DNA of 64,000 nt, taken from positions 19,902,001-19,966,000 of the forward strand of contig CM022678.1 of assembly GCA_012295275.1 (NCBI GenBank), in the 5' to 3' direction. This document shows positions 13,710 to 28,129 of the stretch, piece by piece. The notes beneath the pieces were generated by a model. That model searched no databases, was not told the origin of the DNA, and saw only the letters and a program-made list of their open reading frames with translations. The translations under genes were made by a program, and so were the position numbers. Numbering within the stretch: the first letter of the stretch is position 1; every line of letters starts with the position of its first letter. Source of the DNA: Chrysomallon squamiferum. Taxonomy: Eukaryota > Animalia > Mollusca.

Positions 13710-14623
13710 ATGGCGAAAAAGACAAAACATAATTTTCATGGAAAGAAACGATCACCCGGTACACCAGATCAGAAAGAAAATAAAGTTAAATTTCGCAAGA
13801 AACGGAAAGATAATGTTGATGACAGCGTTGAATTTAGAAAACATAAACAGAATGAATCATTCAATGATAATACTACTTCGACTACGGCTGTTGACAGTGT
13901 TGACAATAAGGTTATTATTTAAATTTGTTATTTTAATTAGATATGTAATTTTTAGCATTTAATAGATGTAATTTTTAAACGAAAAACATAATTATTAGAA
14001 TGTTTATGACTACTATTATAACATTAAAAACCAGCAACAATAGATGGTACCATGCACATTTAACATTATTATTATTATTATCAGTACATGAGACAGGAAA
14101 GTGAATCGGAAGATGAGTTGAAAGAAACAAGAAGACTTGTTAAATACCAGAACAGAAAAAATAAGAAATCTGGAGGTTTTCAAGCTATGGGTAAAAATAT
14201 ATTCATTTATCATTTTGACAATTTACTTATTTGTAATCACTTTATAATTATTATAAGAAATAGTTTTGTTTTATTATGAAGATATATATCAAATCTTGAC
14301 AAAATTGTAAGAATGAAATAAATAACTATAATTCTAATTGTATTTGTTTATTTATATTTGTTTTATTCTTTTTAATTTATTTTTTAATTATTATTATTAT
14401 TATTATTTATATTTGTTGTTTATTTTTTCTTTTGTTAATTTGTTTATCTATGTTTTGAGTATTTTTGAATTTAATGACACTAGTGATTTTGTTTCACAGG
14501 ACTTTCTCATGCAATATTTAAAGGAATCAGTAGAAAGGGATATAAATTACCAACACCGATACAGAGAAAGGTTTGTATTACCTGCATGACTGCTTTTATT
14601 TCCACTTTATTATTATATTATTG

Positions 14624-14664
<41 letters not shown>

Positions 14665-17600
14665 TGTTATTACAGTTATTGTTATTATTACTGTTATTGT
14701 TACTGTTTCAGTTGTTATTGTTATTATTATTTTTGATATTGTTATTACTATTATTATTATTATTCATAATTATTAATATTAATTACATAAATAAAAACTA
14801 CTACTACTACTACTATTTCTACTACTACAACTACTACTGCTAAAACTACTACTATTTAAATATTTTTTGATTATCTAATTTTCAATCATATTTAGAAATT
14901 TTCCGTATATCAAATGTATTTCAGTAAAATGCAAACTAACTCAAAACCTACTCTAGATCTGTCTTTTTTTTTTTTTAAGTCTGTTCTAAAGCAACTTTTT
15001 TTTATTTAATTAATATTTTTATGTTTTCTTTTTCAGACAATTCCTCTCATTATTGATGGCAAAGACATTGTTGCCATGGCGAGGACAGGAAGTGGAAAGA
15101 CTGCAGCATTTTTGATTCCGATGTTTGAAAAGTTGATCGCACATTCGTCAAAAGGTGTCCGGGCAATCATAATGTCCCCAACACGAGAACTGGCAATGCA
15201 GACACTAAAATTTGCCAAAGAAGTAAATAAATGAATATTAATAACAAAAACAGTAAATAAAAATAATAATAATTATTATTATTACAGAATTAATAAATCA
15301 TAATGATTATAGAACACATTTTATTTTAAAACGGTTTTATGTGGAACACATTACAGGATTATTGTATCTATAAAAGTGCCATTTTGATAATTTAATAGAG
15401 TATTAAAACCATTTAATTCTTTTTTAAAATGTTCATGGTTCAAAAAAAATTAATTATTAAAGATGTAAATAACGGAATATTAAAATAAAAGGTAATATCT
15501 GTTTATTTTATATTTTAAAATATTTGTATAAAAATATAAAAAAAATTAGATTTGTAACAGTAACTGATACCAATCTTATAATCATTTAATATCGTTTTAA
15601 AACATTTATTTTCCATTTTCAATTCCATTATAACAATAACAAAAAATAATTACACTAATTGTTTTAATCAGTATATTTTGACTGTGGTTTAAAAATGTTT
15701 AGAAAATGTATATATTTAAATTTTTAAAATTTAAGTATTTGTTTACAAAACTGGTACATACTGCAACAGTTTAATCAGAAATTATTTCCTGTGACAGAAC
15801 AAAAAGTAAATTTATTGTGTTATTTTATTTTATTATTTTTTTTTAGCTTGGACGATTCGCAGGTTTGAAAGCTGCTGTTATCCTAGGAGGAGACCGGTAA
15901 ATTAAAAACATTCTGAAATATTTCTACAATAAATTTAAAATAATTTGATATCTTTTATAAAAGCTTATTACAAAATATTAACATGTTCAGCACCTTATGT
16001 ATAATAACTAACTAAATTTGTAGCTTATATAAGAAGATAAATATAATATTTAAAAGTTTATTGTTGTTATTGTTTTTTGGTAGAATCTATACGACGATAT
16101 ATTTTTGATCTGTAAGAATTTTTTTTTTACAATTTATTATAACAAGATAATTTTATAATACATATGAATTTTTTTAAGCCACTGTGTCTGTTTTTAAAAT
16201 TACTTTTTATTAATATTTAATACATTCTTTTTAAAGAGGGATGTTCTTTAACTGAAAATCTTATTAAAGCTTTTAAAGATTTCCTGTTATAAATGAAATT
16301 TTAAGGCAATCAAAATGTATTTAATTATTCAGAAAGCAAGAATTTTAAAACTGAGGTATTCAGACTGTAAATTATAAATTATTACAGTAGTCTTTGTATA
16401 CTCTGATATTAACTGAATAACTCTTTCAACTGAACAGTTAGTAATAAAAGGACATAATGGGAATTAATTAGACATGCTGGTTGTGGAGTTAAATCTTTTT
16501 TTCTGTTTCAGAATGGAAGATCAGTTTGCTGCAGTTCATGAAAACCCTGACATGTAAGTGCATTAACATTTTCATAACCAAATGCATGTGAATATTGCTT
16601 TATATAACTAAGTGAAAAAATATTGTAAAATAGCCACTTTTTATAAATCGTTTTTTTTTTTTTTTTTTTTTTTTTTTTCTTGAAGGAGCATTACTGGTAT
16701 ACAGCATTTTTTACATTTCAGTTTTTTTATGTTACAAGTTTTATAAATGGTTTTTTCTTATAAAAATAGAAATTGTAACTATTAATTGTTTCTCATGATG
16801 CAACATTTACAATAAATATAACTTGAATACAGAACAGGTTTGTAGTTCTATTTTTAATGTAGTTATTAATGTAAATGTTAAATAAAACATTTTGTTTCAG
16901 AATTATTGCCACACCAGGCCGATTTTTACATGTTACCATGGAGATGGATTTGAAACTGAAGTCTGTGGAATACGTCGTGTTTGATGAGGCTGACAGGTGA
17001 GATAATTAGATTTTTTACTTATAGAAAGGTGAAAAATATTAAATTTCAGCTAGGTAAGATATTTATATAATTAACCATACAGTAATATAATTACAAAAAT
17101 TTTAATTATTTACAAGAAATATAATATTTATATCTTTTTTTTTAATTTTTAATTTTTTTTTGTTGTTGTCATTATTAAAAGTTAAATGTATTAATATAAA
17201 AAAAATATATATTTTATGGATATTTAATTAAATTATTTTTAATTTATTCTTACAAAAATAGAATATTTACACTTTTATTTCTTAATCTTTATTAACAGTT
17301 CAGATAATTGTATAAACCACTCCATCTCAATAACTACACAAAATTTTAAAAAAAATTCCATCTTTGTTTATTAATTAAAGTTATTAATGTAAATAAAAAT
17401 ATATTTTATGATAACTAAATTTTTTTTTTATAAACTGTTTTGGTAGGTTATTTGAGATGGGTTTTGAAGAACAGTTGAACGAAATACTACATCGGCTACC
17501 TGACTCAAGACAAACGTTGCTGTTTTCTGCGACGTTGCCAAAACTTCTAGTTGACTTTGCTAAGGCTGGACTCAACGATCCTACACTGATCCGATTAGAT

Positions 17601-18754
17601 GTTGACTCAAAACTGAGTGAACAACTCAAGGTGAAATTTGTGATTTTATTTTGATGTAGTTATTAGTAGTACTTTGTGGATGTAGGACACCTGCCATTTG
17701 AGTGGCTTCCTTCCAGGTGGACACTGTCCTGCAGTCCAAGACCCTGAACACCTTGCCAGACTCCAGCATTCCAAGCTGACCAGTATTTTTGAAGAACAGT
17801 GTTTTGAGGACTTGGAGTTCAGCATGTTTAAGAGAAAAAAATTCTTCAGCACATTATCATACCAGTATCAACATGTTGAAAAGAAATAGGAGTATGTCAA
17901 ACTCGTTCTCCAGCTAAAATCCTCAGCAACATTGTGCATGGCAATTTCACAAGCTAAAGAATTGCAAAAAAACACATTGCTGAGGAAGAGAATGAAGTAG
18001 CAGTGAAACAAGAAGCTCTGACAGAAAACTGTGTAAGGATGCTGCAGCTGCAGAGAGATAAGATGGAAAAAAGAAACCAGCTCTGAGAGGTTGTGGCCCT
18101 TCAGAGGACCTTGCAAGACAGCATCTTTTGAGAGTCAGGAAACAGACCAGCTCCTGACTCTCAAGTCCGGTACCAGAAGCTGATTTTGAGGATGAAATCA
18201 CCACTACAGAAAGTAACCCAGAATCTGCATCAGCTTAAACCTTTCCACAGCACTGGTTGAATTTTTGAAATCAGACTAAAACCAAAACCACAATGTCTGT
18301 TTGCACTTTTAATGATTTTAGAAGTATTCTGCCACATCTCATTTTGAACAAAAATGGCATATTCAGCATATTATTGTGAACATACAGATACTTTTACATC
18401 TCTGAAAAAATATAAAGCTCGTTTGACAAGTTAATCCCAGCAGTTTTGTTAATTTTAAGTCTTTTTATATCAGTTATTTTTCAAGCTACAGTTGGCCACA
18501 GTTGCCCTTTCTGTTAATTTGCCAAAATATTGTACTGAATTGCATATATCAGTTGAGCCACTGGAGATAGTCATATTTGTGTTGTTTTTTCTAGAGGATA
18601 TTATATAAAATCAAATTCAGTAAGCATTTAGCTGCCAGTACCCAGTAGTAGTGGTAATGATGGGAAAAAGTAGTGGATATAGCAACAGTTGTGATAGTAG
18701 TGGTAGTAGTAGTATGTGTAGTAGTTGTAATAGTATTGTTGTTGTTATTGTTAC

Positions 18755-18799
<45 letters not shown>

Positions 18800-21700
18800 T
18801 ATCATTCTTTTTTTATTTACAATATATTTGTTTGTGGGTTATTTAAACTCCAGAAGAAAAATATTTCTTTTCTTGTTGATAAAATATACATTTAACATTA
18901 TAACGACAGTGAATATTTTTCTTTTTACAAAACAACTTGTTATATTTCATTTTTTTATTATAATTTTATTGTTATTCCTATTAATCTGTTACTGTTCTTT
19001 TTTTTTCATTACTAAAAATATCATATTATTGTTGTATTTATATTTTTATTTTTTAATTTGTATAGTTAATTAATTTTAATTGTATTTTAAATTTTTTATT
19101 ATTATTATTGTCTTTATTTTATTTTATATATTTTTTTCTGTCTATCATTATTAAATTACTTAACTATCTTATGATCATGAACGACACTCGATAATTTTAT
19201 TTTTATTCTGCAGTATTATTAAACCAATAAATAAACAAATTTACGATGTTGTTGTTTGTTTTCAGATGTCATTTCTGTCATGTCGACCTAGTGACAAACC
19301 TGCTCTGTTGTTGTATTTACTACAAAACATCATTAAAAGTCAGGAGCAGACTGTCATCTTTGCAGCCACAAAACATCACGTTGAATTTCTGAACCTCGTA
19401 TGTATCTGTTATTTTATCATTTTTATTACATCATCCAAAAATTTCTAAGCATTTTTGACCCATACATCATAGTTGGGGAAACATACCTGAATTTTTATTA
19501 ACTGTTCATGTACAGAACTTTTTAGGAACTTCCAGTATCTCTTCGAGCTTACTGGTTGTAAATTTTGGGTTGCCTTTAGTTTTTACTGTTTTGGCAGTTT
19601 GCATCTTTCAAGCTGAAATCCCCGGCATTTTAATTTTGCAAACCATTTTTGTAAATAATAATTAAGTATCTTGTAGAAAACACCAGATTTTATTTATATT
19701 TATTTATATATTTTTTTATTTTAGTTATTAGAAAAAGCAGGAATTCCTTGTAGTTATATCTACTATTCTATCATCAGATAATATTTGTTTTGTACAAAAT
19801 ATAACAAATAATTTTGTAAATAAGTATTTAGTGGGAAAAAACAACCTAACAGATTTTTTGTTTTTTAAATTTCAATTGTTAGAAAAAGCAGCTGTTACAT
19901 CAATAGTTTCTGTGTTTTAATGTTACTTGTTTTGTATAAGATAGAACTAACAAATATTTTAAAAAAATAATAATAATTAAGTATTTGGTACAAGACAGCA
20001 CTTACCAGATATATTTTTGACTTTATTTCAGTTGTTAGAGAAAGCAGGAATTGCCTGTAGTTACATCTACAGTTCTATCATCTGAAATAAATTGTCTTAT
20101 ACAGTATAGAACTAACAAATAATTTTTTAAATAATAATTAAATATTTATTACACGACAGCACTTACCAGACATTTGTGACTTTATTTCAGTTGCTAGAGA
20201 AAGCAGGAATTGCCTGTAGTTACATCTACAATTCTGTCTCAGATAATATGTGTCTAGCACAATATTGAACTAACAAACATTTAAAAGAAAAAATAATAAT
20301 TAAATATTTAGTACAAGACAGCACTTACCAGATATTTTTTACTTTATTTCAGCTGTTGGAGAAAGCAGGCATTGCCTGCAGTTACATCTACAGCTCCTGT
20401 GACCAGACAGCCAGAAAAATCAGCATAGCAAAGTTTCAACATCGTAAAGTGAACATCATGATCGTCACTGATCTGGCGGCACGCGGCATTGACATCCCAA
20501 TGTTGGACAACGTCATCAACTACAACTTTCCCGCCAAAGCTAAACTGTTTGTACACAGAGTTGGTATGTTTGTTTATAACAGTCGTTTTAGCTTTACAAC
20601 AATTAATAAAAGAATGTATTTATGATTAGAAATAAGTTTATCCATCTACAGAAACATAACAGAACAGTTGTAAAGAAGTTATGTGTTTTCTTGGCCTGCT
20701 TTAATTGTGTGTGTTTGTTTTCAGTAGATATTCTTTTTTATATATTTATTATTCCAAGTACTCTTAAGATTAGCAGTAGGTTGTCTTTTATAAGCAGGTA
20801 CATTTTCAAACCAGAAAAACATACTTGATAAATGTAATTGGAGCTCTAGCTGGGATGGGAAAAGTCCTAACGAATACAGCAAGCAGAACTGACCCTTAAA
20901 ATCATTTCTCTGACAGAGACTCTTCCATTTGCATTCATTTTGTACCAGTTTTATTTGTGTTTCCGATTTATTTTTATTTTTTTTCTTTCTTGGTACATAC
21001 ATTTGTTGTTTTTCCCTTCTATTTTTTTTTTTTTTTTTTTTTTTTGAGTTATATCTATGTATATTATTAAATAAATAAATAAATAAATTAATAAATAAAT
21101 AAATAAATAAATAAATAAAAATGTTTATTTTTATTTCAGGTCGCGTGGCTCGGGCAGGAAGGTCTGGTACTGCATATTCTCTCGTCTGTTCGGAGGAAGT
21201 TCCGTACCTCTATGATCTACATGTTTTTCTGGGCCGAGCTGTTAAAATAGTACCAATTGATAACAAAATAGAAGGTAAATTAAGTAATTAAGTAAGTAAG
21301 TAAGTTTGGTTGTCTTTTTTTGAATAATTATAATAAGTTTTGACTAAGGATAAAATTGTCTTAGAACAAGTTTATGAAAATATTAGGTTTCGTTTGCTGT
21401 AGTATGTTAGTAATTTAATTTTTAAACTGTTTTTGTTTTATTTGTTTATTTATTTACTTACTTACTTACATTCTTACACACTTAAATACTTACCTATTTA
21501 TTTAACCTCTTTTTTTATGTATTTATGTATTTATTTTATCTAATTTATATATTGGTTGTTGTTTGTTTTGTTTTTTGCTTTGTTTTATTTTATGTTATTT
21601 ATTTGTTCTGTTTATTTATTTATTAACACCTTTTAATTAATTAATTAATTTATTATTTATTATGTGCTTTTTTCATTGTTATTAGTATTATTATTATGCA

Positions 21701-22730
21701 TTTACTTACTTTATTTTACTTTACTAATTTGTTCATTTGTGTATTTATTTATTTATTTACTTCTTTACTTACTTACATGTTTACTTATTTACTTGTTTAC
21801 TTATTTATTTATTTACTTTGTTTGTTTGTTTGTTTGTTTGTTTATTTGTTTGTTTGTTTGTTTGTTTTGTTTGTTTGTTTATTTGTTTGTTTATTTATTT
21901 ATTTATTTATGTATTTATTTACAGATGAAGATGGGTTGTATGGGATTGTTCCTCAGTTTGTGATAGATGACATGGCTGAACACATTCGACATTGGAAAGT
22001 CGAATCAATCGACTTGGTAAAAAATAATATTTTATTTACCTTTGAATCACACCCAACAATAGCTATTTTATGTTATGCTGGGGTCTTGTCAAGTAAATTT
22101 ATAAATAAAATAAATAAATAAAGTGTGAGAAAGTAATTTAAACAGTTAATAAACACCACTATCATTAAATTTATTTTTCTTACAACGAGCGTGAGTTAAC
22201 AGCAGAATAATATTAAAAAAATTATTAATTTGATTTGCTGTTTAACACTGCTCCATAAATAAAATGCTAAAAATTACAGAATATTTATTTTTACTATCTG
22301 TGGAAAAAGTGTATGAAAATTTCTCAGTCCATGTTTAATGATTTATACATAATAAAGTATATTCAAAAAATTTAATATTAAAACTTACTGAAGAATTGCT
22401 AAATTTTCATTTACTTAACTGGTCATACTGTTTTATTAATATATACCTATCCTAGTAGTTTATTTATTAAAAATTTGTTTATAATCACTTTATTTTGCAA
22501 TAATTTATTTCATTTAAAATCTGTTTATCATTAATTTCTTTTAGAGATGACTGTTTATATTTTAAAATATTTTTTTTTTTTTTTTTTTTTTATAGTTGTT
22601 ATTGTTATTATTGTTTATTATTATTATTATTATTATTATTTTTTATTATTATTACTATTGATTATTATTATTATTATTATTTATTATTATTATTATTATT
22701 ATTATCATTATTATTATCATTATTATGTTA

Positions 22731-22776
<46 letters not shown>

Positions 22777-23804
22777 TTTTATTATTGTTGTTGTTGTTGT
22801 TTATGTTTGTGTAGCAAAGTTTGGAGAACGTCAGTGAAAATGCGTACAAGAATTACGTGAAGTCCCGCCCTGCCCCAGCCCCGGAGTCAGTGAAACGAGT
22901 GAAAGAGTCGGAGAAAGATGGAGTCAAACTGGGAATACATCCTCTCTTTGGTTTGTAGTTTTATCTGTCTGTTTAACTTAAATATTTTTGTGCAAGTATT
23001 TAACTTAAGAACAATATTTTTAAAAAAAAAAAAAAAAAAAAAAGTATTCATTTGAAAAAAGAGGCAAAAAAAAAAAAAAAAAAAAAAAAAGTTAATTATT
23101 TATGAAAAGAAAAAGAATAATTATTTAAATGAAACAGAAATATTAAGTAAAACCATATTTTTTCTTTTTATTCTTTTTATTTTTTTACTTATGATTTTTT
23201 GGGGAGAAAATATGGTATGTTGTAAAGAAGTTTGTTGAATCAGAATATTTTAACTCAAATGTTTATAGCCCTAATTTTTTTTTTTTTTTTTATTTATTTA
23301 TTTATTTATTTTTTATTTTGTGTATTGTTTTATTGTTTTTGATTTGTTTTTAGGTTTGTTCTTTTTTTATTTTTGGGATGTTTTTATAATTTATTTAATT
23401 TTTTTTGGCTAGAAAGCCACAAACATATTTCAAAAAAAAAAAATTTAACTCTTTAATAATAAGTCCTAAAATATTTTACATGGCAAAGGTTTCAACTATC
23501 CTTTATTCATTTGAAGTTTTGTCTAAAATGGATAAAGAATTTTAAAAAAACTTGAAGAAAATATTTCTGATATTTGTGTATGAAATTATTTTTAATAAAA
23601 ATTAAAAATGAACACAAGGATGAAAACAAAAGATAAAATATTTTGTGTTGTAGGGAAATCACTGAGTGCAGAAGAAGAAAGAATCAAACTTCTAAATGCA
23701 CTGCGAGGTTACAAAGCAAACTCGGTAATGTTCCAAAATATTTTAAAATAATTATTAAATTTGTTTAACTATTTTACCCTCTTCTTCTTCTTCTTATTGT
23801 TATT

Positions 23805-23835
<31 letters not shown>

Positions 23836-26819
23836 AAGTTTTAATAGTGTTAGTGGCAGTAGTAGTGGATGTAGTAATGGTGAAGATGGTAATAGTAGTA
23901 GTAGTAGTAGTAGTAGTGGCAGTGGCAGTACAAACAGCAGTAATAGCAACAATAATAAGAGTATTATTAATAATAATAGTAGGTTACAGTAGTAGTAAAT
24001 GTAATCATAAAGTTAACATTGGTCCAGAATCTTTGGTATACTGCTTTGAAAAAAATAAAATCAATAGAATATTAGTGATTGTTTAAGATAGTTCTGCCTT
24101 TATAAAATAAAATAAAAAATACAAAGATTTTTCCAACAGAAATTATAATTCATTTTAATTGTATTTAAAATTAATGTTATAAATTGCTGCACACTTTTGA
24201 TACTTTAGATACTTTTGCATACTTTGATAATTTTTCCTGTATTGCTGTTGTAATGTAATATAATATATGGAACCAGTAATATAATTTTATTTTTCTAGAC
24301 AATATTCGAAGTAAACTCCACAGCCAAGAACAAAGCTTTTGACGTTATGAAGCAGAAGCGAAATATCCATGGCAATGTGATTTCGTGGAATCAGAAAAGG
24401 GTGGAAATAAAACAAAAAACAGAACAGGAAGTTACCAAAATGTCCGAGCAGACGTCGGCTAATGACGATGACCTGAAGGTCAGTAGAGGTCAAAGTTCAC
24501 CTGCTTTGAGATTTATTGTATTTATAACTAGCTCTGATGAAAAATTGTGATACGTTTTTCTCAAGTTTTAAGAAAATTATTTATTTTAAATTTTTCATAA
24601 CTGTAATTTTTTTATAAATGGGCTGGGGTTTGTATGGTAATTTTTTTAATTCTTGACGTTTTTAACAAGTCATTATAAAAATATATATAAATATTTTATG
24701 TTTTGTTCATTACTTCAGAATGCATTTGCAAACATCATGGCTCCAGGTACAAATCTGTCCACAAGACCACAGCCTTCAAAGAAACGAAAGAAGAAAGATA
24801 ACTCTGTGACAAATGTCAGAGACGAAGAGTATTATCTCCCTTACAGACCAAAAGATTTCCATTCAGAACAAGGGTGTGACATTTTATTTTATATATTTAA
24901 TATTCTACAATATTTTATTTATATTAACTGTTGTCTTTGTTGTTCTTTAGTAATGTAAACGTTAAATCAATATTTTATGTTTGTATTTAGCCTTGATTAA
25001 CTAAATATGATTTTTCTTGTTTTAAAGTTGGCAATATGTAGAACGCTGGACTTTAAAAAAAATACATAATGCTAATAATATATGTTTTATTGGTTTTTTG
25101 ATAATTTTTTAATTATTCAGTAATATTCTTGATTGATCAGTAATTAAAAATCACTAACATTATTTTCATATGTTCTGTTATTATTGTTATTGTTTTATTA
25201 TGATTTTTTTTTTTATTATAATTATTTTTATTTATTATAATTACTATTTTTTATGTTGTGATATTTTTGCTGTTTTTTTTTTTGCCGTTTTAATTATTAT
25301 TTATTTCAATATTATTATTATTGTAATTATTATTACTAGTATTGCTATTGTTTTTTTTCATTTTGTTTATTTATTTATTTATTTGTTTATTTATTTGTTT
25401 GTTTGTTTGTTTATTTGTATTGTTTATTTGTTTATTTATTTGTTTATTTATTTGTTTATTTGTTTATTTATTTGTTTGTTTATTTATTTGTTTATTTAAT
25501 CATTTATTTGTTTATTTGTTTATTTATTTGTTTATTATTTGTTTATTTATTTATTTGTTTATTTATTTTTTTATTTGTTTGTTTGTTTGTTTATTTATTT
25601 GTTTGTTTTTCTGTTTGTTTATTTGTTTATTTGTTTATATTTCAAGGTTGAGCGTCACTAAGAGTTTTGAGCGTGAAGCCAGTGGAGCTGTTTTAGACTT
25701 GACAGCTGATGATGTTGAAGATTTAAGACGACTGAAACATCAGAGCCGATGGTGAGACTAACTTAAATGCAATGGTGTATTTTATTTTTCTTAAAAAATA
25801 TTTTACTTTAACAGAGATGTGATGGTAGGGTTTTGTTCTTGTTTCTTTTGTTTTTAAAAGAAATGAACGAGCCAGAACCAGAAAAGTCACAGAACTTAAA
25901 ACACAAATAAAAAGGGAAACAAAAAAATAACAAAAAAATAAATAAATAATAATAATAATAATAAAAATTAATTTCAAAGTCTGATGTATAATTTATCAAC
26001 ATTGATTACTGTTATATTAAAAATACTACTGTCATTACTGTTATTACTATTACTACTACTATTACTACTACTACTAAAACTTATTATTATTATTAATTCT
26101 ACCATGATTACATCTGTATTCTACTGTTACTTTCTGTTTCTCTAGGGATAGAAAGAAGAAGAAGTTTGTCACAGATGTCATCGATGATAAGAAAAAAAAG
26201 AAAATCAGAACAGAGAGTGGAGCCTGGATACCAGCTTCCTACAAGTCAAATGCATATCCTTTTATTTATTTACTTATTTATTTACTTATTTATTTATTTA
26301 TATTTTTATTTATTTGTTTATTTGTTTATTTATTTATCTATTTATTTTTATTTTTATATATTTATTTATTTCGTTATTTAGTTATTTATTTATTTATTTA
26401 TTTATTATTTTTTTGTTTTGATGTTTATTCATTATTTTATTTATTTATTTATTTTACATTTAATTTATTTCATTATATATTTTTATTTTATTGATTTTTA
26501 TTTATTTCAATTATTTATTCATTTTTTATACGAATTTATTTTAATTTTGTTTTAGTTATTTGTGTATACATATGCATTAATTTATTTGTTTGTTCTTTTA
26601 TATATTTTATTATTTACTTTTCAATGAGTTTTTTTTTGTTTTATTTATTTATATTTATTTATATTTATTTTGTTTATTATTATATTATTTTTTCTTCCTT
26701 TCTAATTAATGAGTCAAGAGCAGATAACTGATATTAAATCATTTTATTGTGACAGAGTATCTATGTTGTTTATTGGATAACTGTTCATGTATGCATGCAT
26801 TTGTATAGATTTATTTTTA

Positions 26820-26850
<31 letters not shown>

Positions 26851-27366
26851 CTACTTTTTTAATTATTATTATTATTAATAATACAAATTTTCCTTAACTA
26901 ACTCACTTACAAAGAATGGAGATCAAAGAATCAGATTTTAGACCAAGATGATGATGATGATAATGATGGTAACCATGGCAACAAACAGTCTTCCAACCTT
27001 GTAGTTTTAGGAGCGAAAAGAAAGAACTGTAAGCAAATTAAATTGATCATTTCAGTGTTCAGTGTATACATTTGCATTTATTTATTTATTTATTTATTTA
27101 TTATTATTATTATTATTTATTTACTTATTTATTTATTTGTTTTTATTTATATAGATCTAACAGCATTTTGTATATATATTTTGATGGTTCTCTTTTGGTT
27201 CATTAAGTATTCGTATATATGTGTTTATGTTTGTACAGATAATGGAGTAACCATACATAGAAACTTAAATATTTACTACTCAAACACAATGCACATATAT
27301 ACATTACACAGACACACACATATACATACATACATACATACAAATTATATATTTTAAACTAATCTT

Positions 27367-27422
<56 letters not shown>

Positions 27423-27759
27423 CATACTGATATATGCAATCTCTCACTGTGCAGAAACAATGAAAAATGCGTCATAAACAAAAGTTTAAATTAAATTTCT
27501 TCATCATAAACCTTACTTATTGTTTAATTGTTTATGACATTCTTTTATTTTTATTTTTTTTTTTTTTTTGTTTTTAGGGCACACAAAGGGATCAGAAGAA
27601 AGCACGGGTAAAAAGAGGAAGTTTAAAGAACTGAAATCTCCCGCACAGATCCTCAAAGAGAGAAAGAAGAAAGAGAAAATTCAGGCTTTCCAAAACAAAC
27701 GACGGGACCAGAGAATAAAACGGAAAAAATTCCAGTCACAGAAAAACAAAAATAAATAA
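13710..27759 (+). CDS. DDX54: ATP-dependent RNA helicase DDX54 (DBP10), 20 coding exons, ~854 aa
   Basis: Exons 13710-13910, 14085-14190, 14500-14570, 15037-15222, 15847-15896, 16512-16553, 16901-16996, 17447-17630, 19266-19397, 20353-20563, 21140-21274, 21925-22016, 22815-22950, 23654-23724, 24299-24478, 24719-24873, 25647-25751, 26146-26253, 26907-27028, 27578-27759 join in frame (2565 nt). Motifs: [54 protein letters not shown], and the DBP10 C-terminal WDRKKKKFV...KIRTESG. Exon 1 is the least certain (weak donor). Confidence 0.96.
17690..18230 (+). mobile_element. Degenerate DNA-transposase-like coding remnant in DDX54 intron 8
   Basis: GC-richer island in an AT-rich intron. Broken frames read ...[22 protein letters not shown]...[13 protein letters not shown]..., reminiscent of the TN-x3-E-x2-F-x2-LD C-terminal region of hAT-related transposases. 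Several stops and frameshifts. Confidence 0.4.
19650..20400 (+). repeat. 5 x ~160 bp tandem repeat containing the acceptor and first ~45 nt of DDX54 exon 10
   Basis: Copies of ...TTTCAG|(C/T)TG(T/C)T(A/G)GAGAAAGCAGGAATTGCCTGTAGTTACATCTAC start at ~19725, ~19876 (AG lost), 20032, 20191 and 20353 (the true exon). Confidence 0.9.
21740..21920. repeat. (TTTA/TTTG)n simple repeat
   Basis: Low-complexity tract before a DDX54 acceptor; a similar tract lies at 25360-25640. Confidence 0.85.
26254..26906 (+). other. U12-type (minor spliceosome) AT-AC intron in DDX54
   Basis: 5' site ATATCCTTT at 26254, branch point TTCCTTAAC at 26890-26898 and terminal AC at 26905-26906. Removal restores ...[14 protein letters not shown]... 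Confidence 0.93.
27370..27421. repeat. (CA)n microsatellite
   Basis: Pure CA run in the last DDX54 intron. Confidence 0.9.
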
Positions 27760-28087
27760 TTAAAAATTTATAAAATGAATAAATGTGAAAAAGAAAAGGA
27801 TTTATAAAAGAGAAAAATGTTCAGTCTGACTGCAAATTAAAAAAAAAAGGACTAAATATAGATAAAAATTACTGAAGAACAAACAAACAAAAAAATGCTT
27901 TATCGGTTAAGCAAAAACTAATAATTTCAAAGATAAAAATCATTTATGAAGTAGAATTATTGAGTATCAAAAAATAAAAAATAAAAATTGAGATGAACAT
28001 AAATATAACCTTAAAGTTAAACATTTACAAACTTTTTTATCAACGTCAGAAAAAGGAAACAAAACTGAAATAATGCAAAGAAAATAA

Positions 28088-28129
<42 letters not shown>

